A stretch of 64,000 nucleotides of DNA, from contig CAVSNY010000006.1 in NCBI GenBank assembly GCA_963729605.1, positions 384,001 to 448,000 on the forward strand. Direction: 5' to 3'. Every line of letters begins with the position of its first letter. Position 1 is the stretch's first letter. This document shows positions 48,320-58,224 of the stretch, in pieces. This DNA comes from an uncultured Gammaproteobacteria bacterium. Its GTDB lineage: Bacteria > Pseudomonadota > Gammaproteobacteria > DRLM01. Under the pieces are notes generated by a model. That model was not told the origin of the DNA and did not search any database. It was given only the letters and a program-made list of their open reading frames with translations. Position numbers and translations under genes: made by a program.

Positions 48320-49024
48320 TCACTGCGCCGGCGCCACCGACAACTCCCGCCGGCCACTCTCGGCCGAATCCGCATCCGGACTATTGCGATCAACCCACTC
48401 TTGACCGCGCCGTGCCAGCCACTCCGCCTCTTCCTTGGGCAGCGGGCCGCGCTTGAGGGTATTCTCCCATTCCCACAACGCGGCGCGGGCGCGCCGCACG
48501 TAATCTTCCGACGCCGGATCCGAAGGTGCGAGATGGATGTAGGTACGCATGGCGCCCAAGGCGACGGGCAGGTCATTCATGCCTTCCGCCGCGACCGCCA
48601 GGCCCCAATAGGCATTGCCTTGATAAGGCCGCAGGTCGACGGCGGTTTGGAAAAAATCCCGCGCCGCGGCGTATTGCTCCAAGCCCAACAGCGCATAACC
48701 CATGTTGACGTATGCCTCCGGCATGCGCGGCGCGAGGGCGATGACCCGGTGCAGGGCGGTGATGGCGTATTCGTATTCGCGGGCATGCAGCATCATCACC
48801 GCTTGCTGGAAGCGTTGGGTGATTTGTTCTTCGCGAGCGGCGCTGGCGTGTCCGCGCGGATCTAGCACCGGGTCGATGCGCGGGGCGACCGTGTCTTCCA
48901 AGGTCGCCAATTCCGGGCTGCGGCTGAGTCCGCCCAGCAGGCCGATGATGGCCAGCAGCAACAGCACTGACAGGAAAGAGGCGACCTTGGGCTGGCCGGC
49001 AATCACGCTATCGAGCGAACTCAT
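48320..49024 (-). CDS. Membrane-anchored TPR protein, last gene of the cytochrome cluster
   Basis: N-terminal TM; TPR motifs PEAYVNMGYALLG and NAYWGLA; overlaps the ccsA stop. Confidence 0.85.
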   Translation of the reverse strand: MSSLDSVIAGQPKVASFLSVLLLLAIIGLLGGLSRSPELATLEDTVAPRIDPVLDPRGHASAAREEQITQRFQQAVMMLHAREYEYAITALHRVIALAPRMPEAYVNMGYALLGLEQYAAARDFFQTAVDLRPYQGNAYWGLAVAAEGMNDLPVALGAMRTYIHLAPSDPASEDYVRRARAALWEWENTLKRGPLPKEEAEWLARRGQEWVDRNSPDADSAESGRRELSVAPAQ

Positions 49025-49878
49025 ATAACGCCTTTATGCGCGGCGGTGCTGTAGAAGGGCGTACCGAAATAGGTGAGGAAGGCGATGATGAAGATCGCGA
49101 TGATGAATACCGCACCGGCCCGCATCGGCAGTCGATAGGTCAAGCGCGCATGGATGGCGCCGCCTAAGGCCAGCCAGGTGAGAAACGACGAAGTTTCAAG
49201 CGCGTCCCATGACCAGTAACGGCCCCAGGCGTCCTGCGCCCACACCGCGCCGGCGATCAGCATGCCGCTGTGAAAGATAAAGGCGAGCAGCATGAAACGC
49301 CACGCCAGGTAATCGACCATGGCGTCATTGGGCAATTGGCGGAACCAAGGTTCCAGACGCCGCACGCCGCGCAGCAACAAAGCGCCGGCTAGACCGGTGC
49401 CGACCAGGCAGAAGCCGAGGAAGAATTTACCGAGACCGACATGCGCCCACAGCCAATTGTTGTAATAGGTGGGCGGAAAGGCGGTGTCGGTGGGTTCGAG
49501 CATCAACACCCACACACCCAGGATCCACATCAAGGGCAAGGCCACTACCGCGCTGGCGCGGATCGCCGGATAACGCCAATAGGCGTAGCTGTAAATGACG
49601 CCGAGGCTGAACAACTGGCTTATCAACAATTCGAAGAGATTGACGAATGGCCCGTGACCGATGCGCATCCAGCGTTCCGCCAAGGCCATCGCCAGCAGCG
49701 CGACGCCGGCGAGAATGAAGATGAACGCCGGGGTTTCGTAGCTGCGATTCACCGCGGCGCCCGCCGCGCCGCCGCGCGTCAGCACCACGCCGCGAATCAC
49801 AATAAAAGTGGCCAAGGCATACGCGGCCATTCCCGCCCACAACCAGGGTAGCTCGGTCATCGTTTTCCACTCATTCAT
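49021..49878 (-). CDS. ccsA: Cytochrome c biogenesis protein CcsA/ResC
   Basis: WWD motif GAVWAQDAWGRYWSWDALE, conserved His (WAHV, AIHA, AAHK), several TMs. Confidence 0.9.
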   Translation of the reverse strand: MNEWKTMTELPWLWAGMAAYALATFIVIRGVVLTRGGAAGAAVNRSYETPAFIFILAGVALLAMALAERWMRIGHGPFVNLFELLISQLFSLGVIYSYAYWRYPAIRASAVVALPLMWILGVWVLMLEPTDTAFPPTYYNNWLWAHVGLGKFFLGFCLVGTGLAGALLLRGVRRLEPWFRQLPNDAMVDYLAWRFMLLAFIFHSGMLIAGAVWAQDAWGRYWSWDALETSSFLTWLALGGAIHARLTYRLPMRAGAVFIIAIFIIAFLTYFGTPFYSTAAHKGVI

Positions 49879-50903
49879 ATTGCACCCCCTTTGGAAGAAG
49901 CGGGATATCTTCCCGCCTTCATTGCCTCGGCGGCCGCCCCGGCCGGCATGCGCGCGCCGAATTTACGCCAGAAATGGACGGACATGCCTATCACGCCGAA
50001 TACCGATATCACGAACAGCCACTGCAAGGTGGGATCGTAAAATATTTTATAACCCATCCAGGTCGACAGGCGTTCATACCGCAACTGTCCGCCGGGTAAA
50101 TTCACGGTCTCGCCCGGCTGTAGTTCGACGCGATCGGCGCCGGTGTTGACCACGAGCGTGCCTTTGGCCTTTTGGCCGTCCAATACCCACGCCGCTTTTT
50201 CCGTTATGCCGGTTTCGAGGCGCAGCCAGAATTTGATCTCCGGCCCACCGGGCGGCTGCCAGGTATTGTCCTGTTTGAATTCGAACAAGGGATAGGCCGG
50301 CATGTGCACCACGCCGGTCTGCGGCTCACCCCGCTCGGGCATCCAGGTCAGCAGCGGCGCGAAACCTTTGTTGAACGAGGTGTAGAAACGATAGCCTTCC
50401 AACACCAGAGGCCGGTCGTCACCGACTATGCGGCGTTCCCAACCGCCTTGCCCGTCCGGCACGCGCACCTCGCTGTGGGTGAGACCGCGTACCATGCCCG
50501 GCGCGTAATCGACGGTATAAGGCCCTTGCACGAAGACCAGTTTATCCAAATTACCCGCATGCCAGGGACCGCGGGTATCGTCGAACAATTCGTCGGCGGA
50601 AAACGGGGTGTCCTGCACCATCTCCACATGGGCCTCCAAGTGGGTGAGACGGCCTATCGCGGCCAATATCACCACGCCCAGCAGCGCGATATGAAACGTG
50701 AGCAGGCCGCCGCGGCGATTGATCCGCGGGTTGGTGATGATGGCGGCCAATAGATTGACCGCCAAAAACGCCATGGGCACCACCAGCACCCACACCGAGG
50801 TCGTCACCGGGTTGCCATAACTCAACCCCGCGCCGATGGCCAGCAACACCATGCCCACCAAGGTGAGCCGCAGGGAGGCGAGAGGTCTCAGGACGGCATT
50901 CAT
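49875..50903 (-). CDS. Cytochrome c biogenesis protein ResB/CcsB-like
   Basis: LASLRLTL N-terminus, TM His (FHIAL), periplasmic domain with PLVLEGYRFY, YDP then TM; coupled to ccsA. Confidence 0.8.
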   Translation of the reverse strand: MNAVLRPLASLRLTLVGMVLLAIGAGLSYGNPVTTSVWVLVVPMAFLAVNLLAAIITNPRINRRGGLLTFHIALLGVVILAAIGRLTHLEAHVEMVQDTPFSADELFDDTRGPWHAGNLDKLVFVQGPYTVDYAPGMVRGLTHSEVRVPDGQGGWERRIVGDDRPLVLEGYRFYTSFNKGFAPLLTWMPERGEPQTGVVHMPAYPLFEFKQDNTWQPPGGPEIKFWLRLETGITEKAAWVLDGQKAKGTLVVNTGADRVELQPGETVNLPGGQLRYERLSTWMGYKIFYDPTLQWLFVISVFGVIGMSVHFWRKFGARMPAGAAAEAMKAGRYPASSKGGAI

Positions 50904-53587
50904 GGAAGATTGTTGCAGGTTTCTTCACCGTTGCCGTTCATCCACGTAATACCTCGCTTGCCATTGCCCGGCGCGCCGGCTGAACCGCAACTGACCGGCG
51001 TCCATTCACCGCTGCGTTTGAAGTTGACCACCTTCAGCACCGAGCCGTTGTAATACGGCCCGCGGTAATAACGCTGCGGGCTGGGCGTGCGCACCTGAGT
51101 GCCCGCCGGCAAACCGGCTTCCAGTCCCACGTCGTTCAAGTTGACCAGGAAGTTTTTATTCTTCCAGCCGTGGGGCACGGCGATATGGCAGAAATTGCAG
51201 CGGAAATTGCGCACCACGTCTTCCTTGGCGTGACCGGTATGGAGATTGACGTTGGGCACGCCCACGCAAGACGCATTACCGGTGCTGCGCCGGAAACCGC
51301 TCTGCAAGGTTTGATTGCCGGCCAAAGGACCGGCGGGAAATGCTTTGCCGTAGTAATCGTAATTATGGCAGCGGAAACACAAGGCGTCGGGGGTGGCCGC
51401 GCCGGTATTGTCGTTCCACGGACCCTTCAGAATAAAATCATTGTTCGAACCGTGCGGTCCCCAGGAATTGCCTTGCGCACCGCCGCGCGGCACGGCGCCG
51501 TCATTGACGTCGGTATCCGAACCATGGCAATCGGTGCAATACATGGTCTGGGTACCTACGCCCGCGTTGAAAGGCGTTACCCAGACATCGGGACTATTGA
51601 TGCTGCGTACCGCGATCGTGCGCCCGGTGTCCTTGAGCGCGGGGTGCCAGGACCGATGATTGTTGTCCACCAGATTGACGCAGTTGCCCTGACTGTCACG
51701 ATAACCCGGCCAATTTTCCGAAGTCGCGTAATTGGCGTCGGTATAGGTGTCCTGGCATTCGCCTATGGCACCGGTGAAGAACGCGCCGGTCGGTGTAGTG
51801 GGAGTGCCCTCGCCTTTGTGATCGTCCGGCGATTGATATTCCATGGCCTGATTGGTGTATTGGAACATCGCGTTGGTCCCCGGCGGCGTACCGCCCCGGA
51901 AGGATCCCAGGTTGGGCGGTGAATCATACGCGTTGTTGGAGTGGCACTTCATGCACACCTGGTATTCGCGAGTGACGTAAGGCGCATTGACGTCGGTGCT
52001 GCCGCCCACGCCGGGATCACCGCGTTTGATCTCGAAGATCGTTGGCTCGCTGCCGAACTCGGTCGACGGCCAACCGCCCGGTTCCACGCCGGAAATACCG
52101 CGCAATACGCCGGAAGCCAAATTGGTGTGGATACCGCCGGTGGCGGCGAGCTGACTGGCGGTATGATTGTGGGTGCCTTCCTCCGGGTCAGGTATGTTGG
52201 GATCATCGTTGAATAACCGATTGCGGATCACCCGATGGGGATTGTGGCAGTCGGTACATTCCGCATGGCGGTTGTTGGGATCGCCTTTGCCCATGTGGAG
52301 AGTGGATTCCACGAAATCTTTACCGCCTTGCTGGCTCCTGAGCGGGCCGGTGCCAATGTCGTGCATCTCGCGCCCGGCCGGTTGATCGGCGCTGGCGATG
52401 GGCATGTGCCGGGCCATGGTGGTGAAGTCGGTTTTAATGTCGGGCACGCCGAAGCCGGGGCGGGTGCTTTGGGTGCCGCCGGTAGGACCGCCGCGCAGCA
52501 CGTCGCCGTCCGCCGAATGACAGGCGTAACAGGTTTCTTCGATGGCCGGTTGTCCCCCATGACGGAATTTGGCGCCGCTCGCGGTGATCGCCGGCGGGCC
52601 GTCGGCGCCTTCACGCAGAATGCGCCGCGAGCCTTGCACGGTGTGGGGATCATGGCAATTCAAACAGGCCGCCTGCCACACTTGGATGCCGCGGGGAAAT
52701 TCGCGGAGATCGGCCGCGGCATCTTGGTACTCATAGGTGGCGACGGCGGAGCTGGCGTGAGCCGAACCGACCCAGCCCGCCTTGTCGTGGCAGCCCAGGC
52801 AAATGATGTCGTTCTCGGCGTTGAACTGGCGATCCACCGGCTCTGCTCTCTGAAAGCGGTTCGCCCGCAGAAACTTGATATTTTCCCCCGAGGTATCGCG
52901 GATATGGGGATCGTGACAACTGACGCATTCCAAGCGATTTTCTTCCAAGGGCAGCAACGGCGCGGGCTGGCCTTGCACCCGGTCGCCCACATGGGCAACC
53001 ATAGCGGGATCATACAGCTCACCGTCACGCTCGGCTTGCGCGCTGTCGTAGGTAAAGGAGATGGGATGGTCGTTACGCAAATCCACGCCCAATCTGCGGG
53101 TGAAGCCGGTGGTGGATCCCATGCCTTCGGGAATGGTATCGCCCGGTCCGATGCCCGGGCCGGTGAAATCGATATTGGGATCTTCGACGCGATTGAGCAC
53201 ATTGACCGCGCCCAGGGCGAGGGTGCCGTCATGGCAGGATAAACACAATTTAGACTTGGCGCGCGGCTGATCCAGATCGATCGCGTCGAGCGAGCCGGAG
53301 GAATACGGCGTATAGGTGGTACCGGAGAGTTTGCGGTTCCACAACGGCGCCATGGGCGCCTTGGTCGCGCCGTGCGGCGTGTGACAGAAGGCGCATATCT
53401 GCGACTCGCTGCTGGCGGCGGCATTGCGTTGCGCGCCGTCGGGCAGGATGGGGATCACCGTCGCGGAAAAATTGTGCCTGGTGTTGCGGATATCGGAAAT
53501 ACGTTCGGCCTGCGCCGGCAGGGCGGATAAAATCAAACACGCAGCGGTCAGCGCGAGGATGCACCCGTTTCGCAGCGTCCGTATCAT
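50900..53587 (-). CDS. Undecaheme c-type cytochrome (UetJ-like)
   Basis: Signal peptide ending AQA; 11 CxxCH: CAFCH, CLSCH, CVSCH, CLGCH, CLNCH, CYACH, CTDCH, CMKCH, CTDCH, CFRCH, CNFCH. Confidence 0.95.
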   Translation of the reverse strand: MIRTLRNGCILALTAACLILSALPAQAERISDIRNTRHNFSATVIPILPDGAQRNAAASSESQICAFCHTPHGATKAPMAPLWNRKLSGTTYTPYSSGSLDAIDLDQPRAKSKLCLSCHDGTLALGAVNVLNRVEDPNIDFTGPGIGPGDTIPEGMGSTTGFTRRLGVDLRNDHPISFTYDSAQAERDGELYDPAMVAHVGDRVQGQPAPLLPLEENRLECVSCHDPHIRDTSGENIKFLRANRFQRAEPVDRQFNAENDIICLGCHDKAGWVGSAHASSAVATYEYQDAAADLREFPRGIQVWQAACLNCHDPHTVQGSRRILREGADGPPAITASGAKFRHGGQPAIEETCYACHSADGDVLRGGPTGGTQSTRPGFGVPDIKTDFTTMARHMPIASADQPAGREMHDIGTGPLRSQQGGKDFVESTLHMGKGDPNNRHAECTDCHNPHRVIRNRLFNDDPNIPDPEEGTHNHTASQLAATGGIHTNLASGVLRGISGVEPGGWPSTEFGSEPTIFEIKRGDPGVGGSTDVNAPYVTREYQVCMKCHSNNAYDSPPNLGSFRGGTPPGTNAMFQYTNQAMEYQSPDDHKGEGTPTTPTGAFFTGAIGECQDTYTDANYATSENWPGYRDSQGNCVNLVDNNHRSWHPALKDTGRTIAVRSINSPDVWVTPFNAGVGTQTMYCTDCHGSDTDVNDGAVPRGGAQGNSWGPHGSNNDFILKGPWNDNTGAATPDALCFRCHNYDYYGKAFPAGPLAGNQTLQSGFRRSTGNASCVGVPNVNLHTGHAKEDVVRNFRCNFCHIAVPHGWKNKNFLVNLNDVGLEAGLPAGTQVRTPSPQRYYRGPYYNGSVLKVVNFKRSGEWTPVSCGSAGAPGNGKRGITWMNGNGEETCNNLP

Positions 53588-54651
53588 GCGCCCTCTCTCA
53601 GGAACTGAAGTATGACCACCCGGCCATTAAAACTGTCGGCGATGTAGACCCGGTCGCGGTGATCGGTCCACACTCCCGCCGGCAGATAAAATTGCCCGAG
53701 CCCCCCGCCCGTACCGCCGATCGGCAACAATAACTCACCTTCGGGGTTGAATACTAACAAATAATCAAAATACGATTCTACCACATAGACATTGCCGTCT
53801 TTATCCACGCCGACGCCCTTGGGGCGCGGCATGTCGCCCACGAATATCCCGCGGCGGCCGAACACTTGCAAAGGCTCGCCATCGGCGGACACCACCTGCA
53901 CCCGGGCGTTGAGGGTATCCGTCACATAGAGCCGATTATCGGCGAAGCTCAAATATGTGGGGGAGTTATATTCACCGGCCGCCTCGCCGCGGTGACCGAA
54001 GGTTTTCACCAATTCGCCGCCGTCGCTGAATACTTTGATGGCGTGGCCGTGGGTGTCGGCCACATAAATCCGGCCGTTCTCCGCATCCCGCGCCACGCCC
54101 GTGGGCCGCACCAACTGGTCTTTACCAAGAATGCCGCGCGGAACACCGTCTTTATTCAAACGGACCACGTAACCCAGTTCCGCGTCGGCCACCAGGATTT
54201 CGCCGTCGGCGCCCAACGCGATCCCGATCGGGGCAACGAACCGGACATTGTCGCCGGCCATCTCCCACACCCGCAAACTACCGGCCTGCTCATCGAACAC
54301 ATAGACCGCTTGGCGGCTGACGTCGGTGACATACACCCGGCCCGCCGGGTCGGTCACTCCGCCCTGCGGCCGCTGCAAGACCACCGGCACATGTTTGGGC
54401 GAGGTCAAGCCGACCAGCCACTTCAAAAAGCGCGTGCCGCTGGACCCGAAACCTTGCTCGGGGACGTGGATATTTTGTTCGCCGACGAGCTCGCCCACAT
54501 ACTGATACCGCGGCGTCTCGGGCGGCGCGGGCCACACCGCCGTGAAAGGCGGATCGGGCTGATAACGCAGCGTGCTGTGGGTCGGCGCGCATCCCGCCAA
54601 TATCGCGGACGCGACCAACAACCCCGCCGCGAACTTGGCACGTCTCACCAC
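53584..54651 (-). CDS. NHL-repeat beta-propeller lipoprotein (UetI-like)
   Basis: LAGC lipobox; WPAPPETPR; six P.G....G..YV.D repeats. Confidence 0.9.
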   Translation of the reverse strand: MVRRAKFAAGLLVASAILAGCAPTHSTLRYQPDPPFTAVWPAPPETPRYQYVGELVGEQNIHVPEQGFGSSGTRFLKWLVGLTSPKHVPVVLQRPQGGVTDPAGRVYVTDVSRQAVYVFDEQAGSLRVWEMAGDNVRFVAPIGIALGADGEILVADAELGYVVRLNKDGVPRGILGKDQLVRPTGVARDAENGRIYVADTHGHAIKVFSDGGELVKTFGHRGEAAGEYNSPTYLSFADNRLYVTDTLNARVQVVSADGEPLQVFGRRGIFVGDMPRPKGVGVDKDGNVYVVESYFDYLLVFNPEGELLLPIGGTGGGLGQFYLPAGVWTDHRDRVYIADSFNGRVVILQFLREGA

Positions 54652-54667
54652 ACGACACCCCCCTTAT

Positions 54668-55723
54668 TTATTGTTGCGTTTTGAATCCGCCTGCCGAGAT
54701 CTTGAACACTTGGATACGGCCGTTGAGACTGTCGGCCACGTATAAAGACCCCCCATCCAGCCACACGTCGCTCACGCCGTTGAAGCGGCCGGGCCCCACC
54801 CCGGCGCCGCCAAGGGTCGCGACCAACTTACCTTGCTCGAATATCCGTACGGTGTTATTAAAAAAGTCGGAGACGTAAGTTTGATTATCGGCGTCGACCG
54901 CCACGGCATTGGGAAACACCACGGTATCGGGATCGAAGGCGTATTTGAACGCGCCTTCCTCCGAGAGGACTTGGGCGCGATGGGCGAAACGCGCGGTGAC
55001 ATATACACCGTCGGGACCGCGAGCCATGGAGGTGATATTCAAGAATTCACCCTCGCCTTCACCGCGGCCACCCAGGGCGCGCCACAAACCGCCCGCGCCA
55101 TTGAAGATCAACACGTGATCGAGCACGCCGTCGGCGACGTAGACATCGCCGGTGGTCTCGTCCACCGACACCGCCACCGGCCGCCGCAGATTCATGGAAT
55201 CCTGGAAGGTGGCCTCCAGACGGCCATTGCGATTGAACTTGAGCACCTTGCCGCCGACGCTATCGGCGAGATAAAACGTGCGGTCGCCGGTGACGAAGAT
55301 ATCCGCCACATCGCCGACCACCAGCCCGCGCAAACTGACCAGCACTTCCTGGGTTCCGGAAATACGATCATAAAGGATCACCTGCTGCTGATCGGCATCG
55401 ACCACGTACACCCAGTGATCTTTGGCCGCCACCGCCACCGGACGGCGGAAACGCGCATCCTGCAAGAGCACCAGGCCTTCCGTGTCGCCGGTCATCACCG
55501 GCCGCAGCTCGCCGTTGCCGAAAAAGGCGTTGCCGGTCCGGCCGCCACTGATGCTTTCTTCAAAATAAATTTGGGTCGAACCGGTCTCGGCGACCACCAC
55601 GCCTTCGGCGCCCGAGGACATGGGGGTGCCGCCGAACATGGAACATCCGTTCAGTAGCCAGGTGCTGCCGATCAGCAGCGCGGTCAGCGCAGCCCGGCGG
55701 AATCGCGCGGTACGGAGTGGCAT
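54668..55723 (-). CDS. NHL-repeat beta-propeller lipoprotein (UetH-like)
   Basis: LNGC lipobox after the ATG at 55723; repeats PVAVA..YVVD, GDVYVAD, LYVADSLNGRIQVF. Confidence 0.88.
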   Translation of the reverse strand: MPLRTARFRRAALTALLIGSTWLLNGCSMFGGTPMSSGAEGVVVAETGSTQIYFEESISGGRTGNAFFGNGELRPVMTGDTEGLVLLQDARFRRPVAVAAKDHWVYVVDADQQQVILYDRISGTQEVLVSLRGLVVGDVADIFVTGDRTFYLADSVGGKVLKFNRNGRLEATFQDSMNLRRPVAVSVDETTGDVYVADGVLDHVLIFNGAGGLWRALGGRGEGEGEFLNITSMARGPDGVYVTARFAHRAQVLSEEGAFKYAFDPDTVVFPNAVAVDADNQTYVSDFFNNTVRIFEQGKLVATLGGAGVGPGRFNGVSDVWLDGGSLYVADSLNGRIQVFKISAGGFKTQQ

Positions 55724-56286
55724 CGTCCACAATTCATGGTGGGAGGGAAGGCGACCTTGCCATGGCAAACACCGCAGTATTTGCCTTGGATGATGTCCGA
55801 CATGGTAACCGGATTTGCCCCTTTCTGGGGAAGAAAAATCGCGGGATGGCAATTGGCGCAGGTCAACCATTCCGTGTGGGCCAAATGGGGAAAGCGCACG
55901 AAGGGCATGGAACCGGTATTCTTGAAAATGATGTCGAAGTCGGCGACATACATATCCTTGTCGCCCAGCTTGCTCTGCCGCGCGTCGATCATGCCCTTTT
56001 GCAGCACTTGCACCCAATCGATGATGCCGGCGGCGTCGCGCGGGAAATCCTTCATGGATTCCACCGGCTCTTGGAAAATGGTGACGGCGCTGTTGGTGGG
56101 ATCGTGGATACCGTCTTCGATGACGGGCACCACCTCACCTTCGGTTTGGAAGTGCAGGCCCTTGGTCCACACCGGGCCATCTTCCGCGTGCGCCACGACG
56201 GCCCAACCGAAAAACAGGGCGATGGCCACAGCGAAATATCCGCGGAGATTATTCTTAAACGCGTATCGCTCGACGCCTTTATTCAT
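55684..56286 (-). CDS. Periplasmic triheme c7-like cytochrome (UetG-like)
   Basis: Signal peptide ending AHA; VRFPHLAH, CANCH, CGVCH, CGRCH. Confidence 0.92.
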   Translation of the reverse strand: MNKGVERYAFKNNLRGYFAVAIALFFGWAVVAHAEDGPVWTKGLHFQTEGEVVPVIEDGIHDPTNSAVTIFQEPVESMKDFPRDAAGIIDWVQVLQKGMIDARQSKLGDKDMYVADFDIIFKNTGSMPFVRFPHLAHTEWLTCANCHPAIFLPQKGANPVTMSDIIQGKYCGVCHGKVAFPPTMNCGRCHSVPRDSAGLR

Positions 56287-56408
56287 GCTGTCCCCATTTG
56301 GCATGCCACGCCCCTGCGGGCGTGGGCTCGGGTAATATAACGTGTTTTCGAGACAAGTCACACTCAAAAACGCGCGCTTGTCCGCGCCACCCTCGGCCTA
56401 CGGGACGA

Positions 56409-58028
56409 CTATTGCACACCCGCCAGCCGCAAAGCCCTTTGTATCCTTTCGGTCGCCGCCTGCATCGCCATCACGGCCATTTTGTGATCGCCCTTGGCCG
56501 CCAATCCCAAGGCCTCGTCATGAACCTCGGTGGCGCGACCGGTCAGTTCGTGCATCATGGTCACCGTTTGCGGCGCCGGACGGCGTTGCTCGATGGCCAC
56601 GGGCACCAGTTCCACGTAACTGCGGTAACGGGACAGCTCGAACTCATATTCATCTTTAGGCGAGGCGAAGTTCTTGTCATAGACCACGGTCTGCGAGTGC
56701 AACATCGCGCTCAAGGCCGCGGTGATCAGCTCATTGGCCGATTCCAGCCGCTTGGCCGCGCCTTCGTGATCGCCTTTGCCCGCCAGGCTTTCCGCCTCGC
56801 TCAGCAGCTTGTCGTATTTGGCCTTGTCCAATTCCTCGCCCGCTTTACCGGGCTTCATGCCCTGCGCCACGTTTTTCTGGTAAGAGGCCTTAAAACCGCC
56901 GACCTGTTCCAGCAAGGCGGCGTAACGGGCTTTGTGGTCCACCGCCGGTTGCTCGGGAACTAAACGGGTGGCGGCATTCATCATCCGCAAGGCCTCGTCC
57001 ACCGAGCCCATGGCCTGGTTATTATCACCGGCGGCGAGCGCGGTACGCACGGCGATCAACTGCTCCTTCGCCCCGGCGACCAAGGCTTGCGCCTCGGCGT
57101 TATTACTGGCGGCCACCCGCTTGGCGGAGGCGGACGAGCCGATCAGCATATCCGCGAAACTCAGCTTCTGCTTCACTTGCTCCGCCGTATAGTTGCGGAC
57201 TATCGGGGTCTCTGCCGCGGGCAGCGCGGGCGGCGCACCCAAGCTCACCTTTTCCCCAGCGTTGACCACGTGAATCCTGCCACCCATATAAGCGTGGTTA
57301 CGGCATTCGTAATACACCTCGTCCGGTGTCGTGGCCGACGGTGTAAAGGTCGCGTCGCCCTTGAAAATAAACTGGCCGGTGATACCGTCGGTCAAGGTGC
57401 CCGCACCGCGGCCCACCGGGCTGGTCGTGAAATAAAAATCGTGCATCACCCCGGTGTCCAAACTAAACGTGTAGGTTACGCCGCGGGTCAGCACCAGCTC
57501 TTTGCCCTGCACGCCGTCCGTCACGAACGCCATGTCCGAACCACGGCCGAAATAAGGGTGACTGGCGTCCTTGGGTCCGGCGACCAACTGAAAAGTTCGC
57601 GGTGTACGATCAGCCACTACGGTGACCGGACCGGGGCGTTGCGCGGCCGGCACGCTTGCCGCGGGTTTGGACGGGACCGGGCTGGGCGCCACTACGGCGG
57701 GGGGCGCGACTACCGGCGCAGGCGCCGCAGCGGGCGGAACGGCTTCGGCGGTTGGAACAACGTCGGCGGGTGGCGCGGATAAATCGGTTTTATTTTCCGG
57801 CGCGGTCTGCGGTGATTCCTCTACCGGCGCGGACGGGGCCTCCGTGCTGCCGGCCTCCGGTTGCGTGAGGGCGTCGTCCGTGGTGGTGGCGACTACACTC
57901 GGCGATTGCGCCGACATGACCGGCGCCGGCGCGGCGGTCTGCGCGACCTCTTTCTTTTCACCGGTGGACACACACGCCGTCATCGCCACCGCGATCGCCA
58001 GACATAACAATTTACGCTTTGAGTTCAT
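56409..58028 (-). CDS. Lipoprotein: Pro/Ala linker + cupredoxin-like domain + helical repeats (UetF position)
   Basis: Lipobox MTAC; low-complexity linker; MHDF...YYECRNHAYMGG; three A.GD...A helical repeats. Confidence 0.8.
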   Translation of the reverse strand: MNSKRKLLCLAIAVAMTACVSTGEKKEVAQTAAPAPVMSAQSPSVVATTTDDALTQPEAGSTEAPSAPVEESPQTAPENKTDLSAPPADVVPTAEAVPPAAAPAPVVAPPAVVAPSPVPSKPAASVPAAQRPGPVTVVADRTPRTFQLVAGPKDASHPYFGRGSDMAFVTDGVQGKELVLTRGVTYTFSLDTGVMHDFYFTTSPVGRGAGTLTDGITGQFIFKGDATFTPSATTPDEVYYECRNHAYMGGRIHVVNAGEKVSLGAPPALPAAETPIVRNYTAEQVKQKLSFADMLIGSSASAKRVAASNNAEAQALVAGAKEQLIAVRTALAAGDNNQAMGSVDEALRMMNAATRLVPEQPAVDHKARYAALLEQVGGFKASYQKNVAQGMKPGKAGEELDKAKYDKLLSEAESLAGKGDHEGAAKRLESANELITAALSAMLHSQTVVYDKNFASPKDEYEFELSRYRSYVELVPVAIEQRRPAPQTVTMMHELTGRATEVHDEALGLAAKGDHKMAVMAMQAATERIQRALRLAGVQ

Positions 58029-58224
58029 ACGTCTCCTCGCCGAATCTCATGGCCATACCCAGCCGCAAAGCGTCCGCCGACCCGGTTCATCTCGAACTCA
58101 GTCCAGATGAAATTTACCTCCTGGGCAACGGTGTTGCTCACAGTTTGTCCGTAAAACACGGTGTCAAAAACGGGCTAAATGCGGCGGCGCCACAATCACT
58201 TGTGGCGCCGCTTGCGTTATCGGA

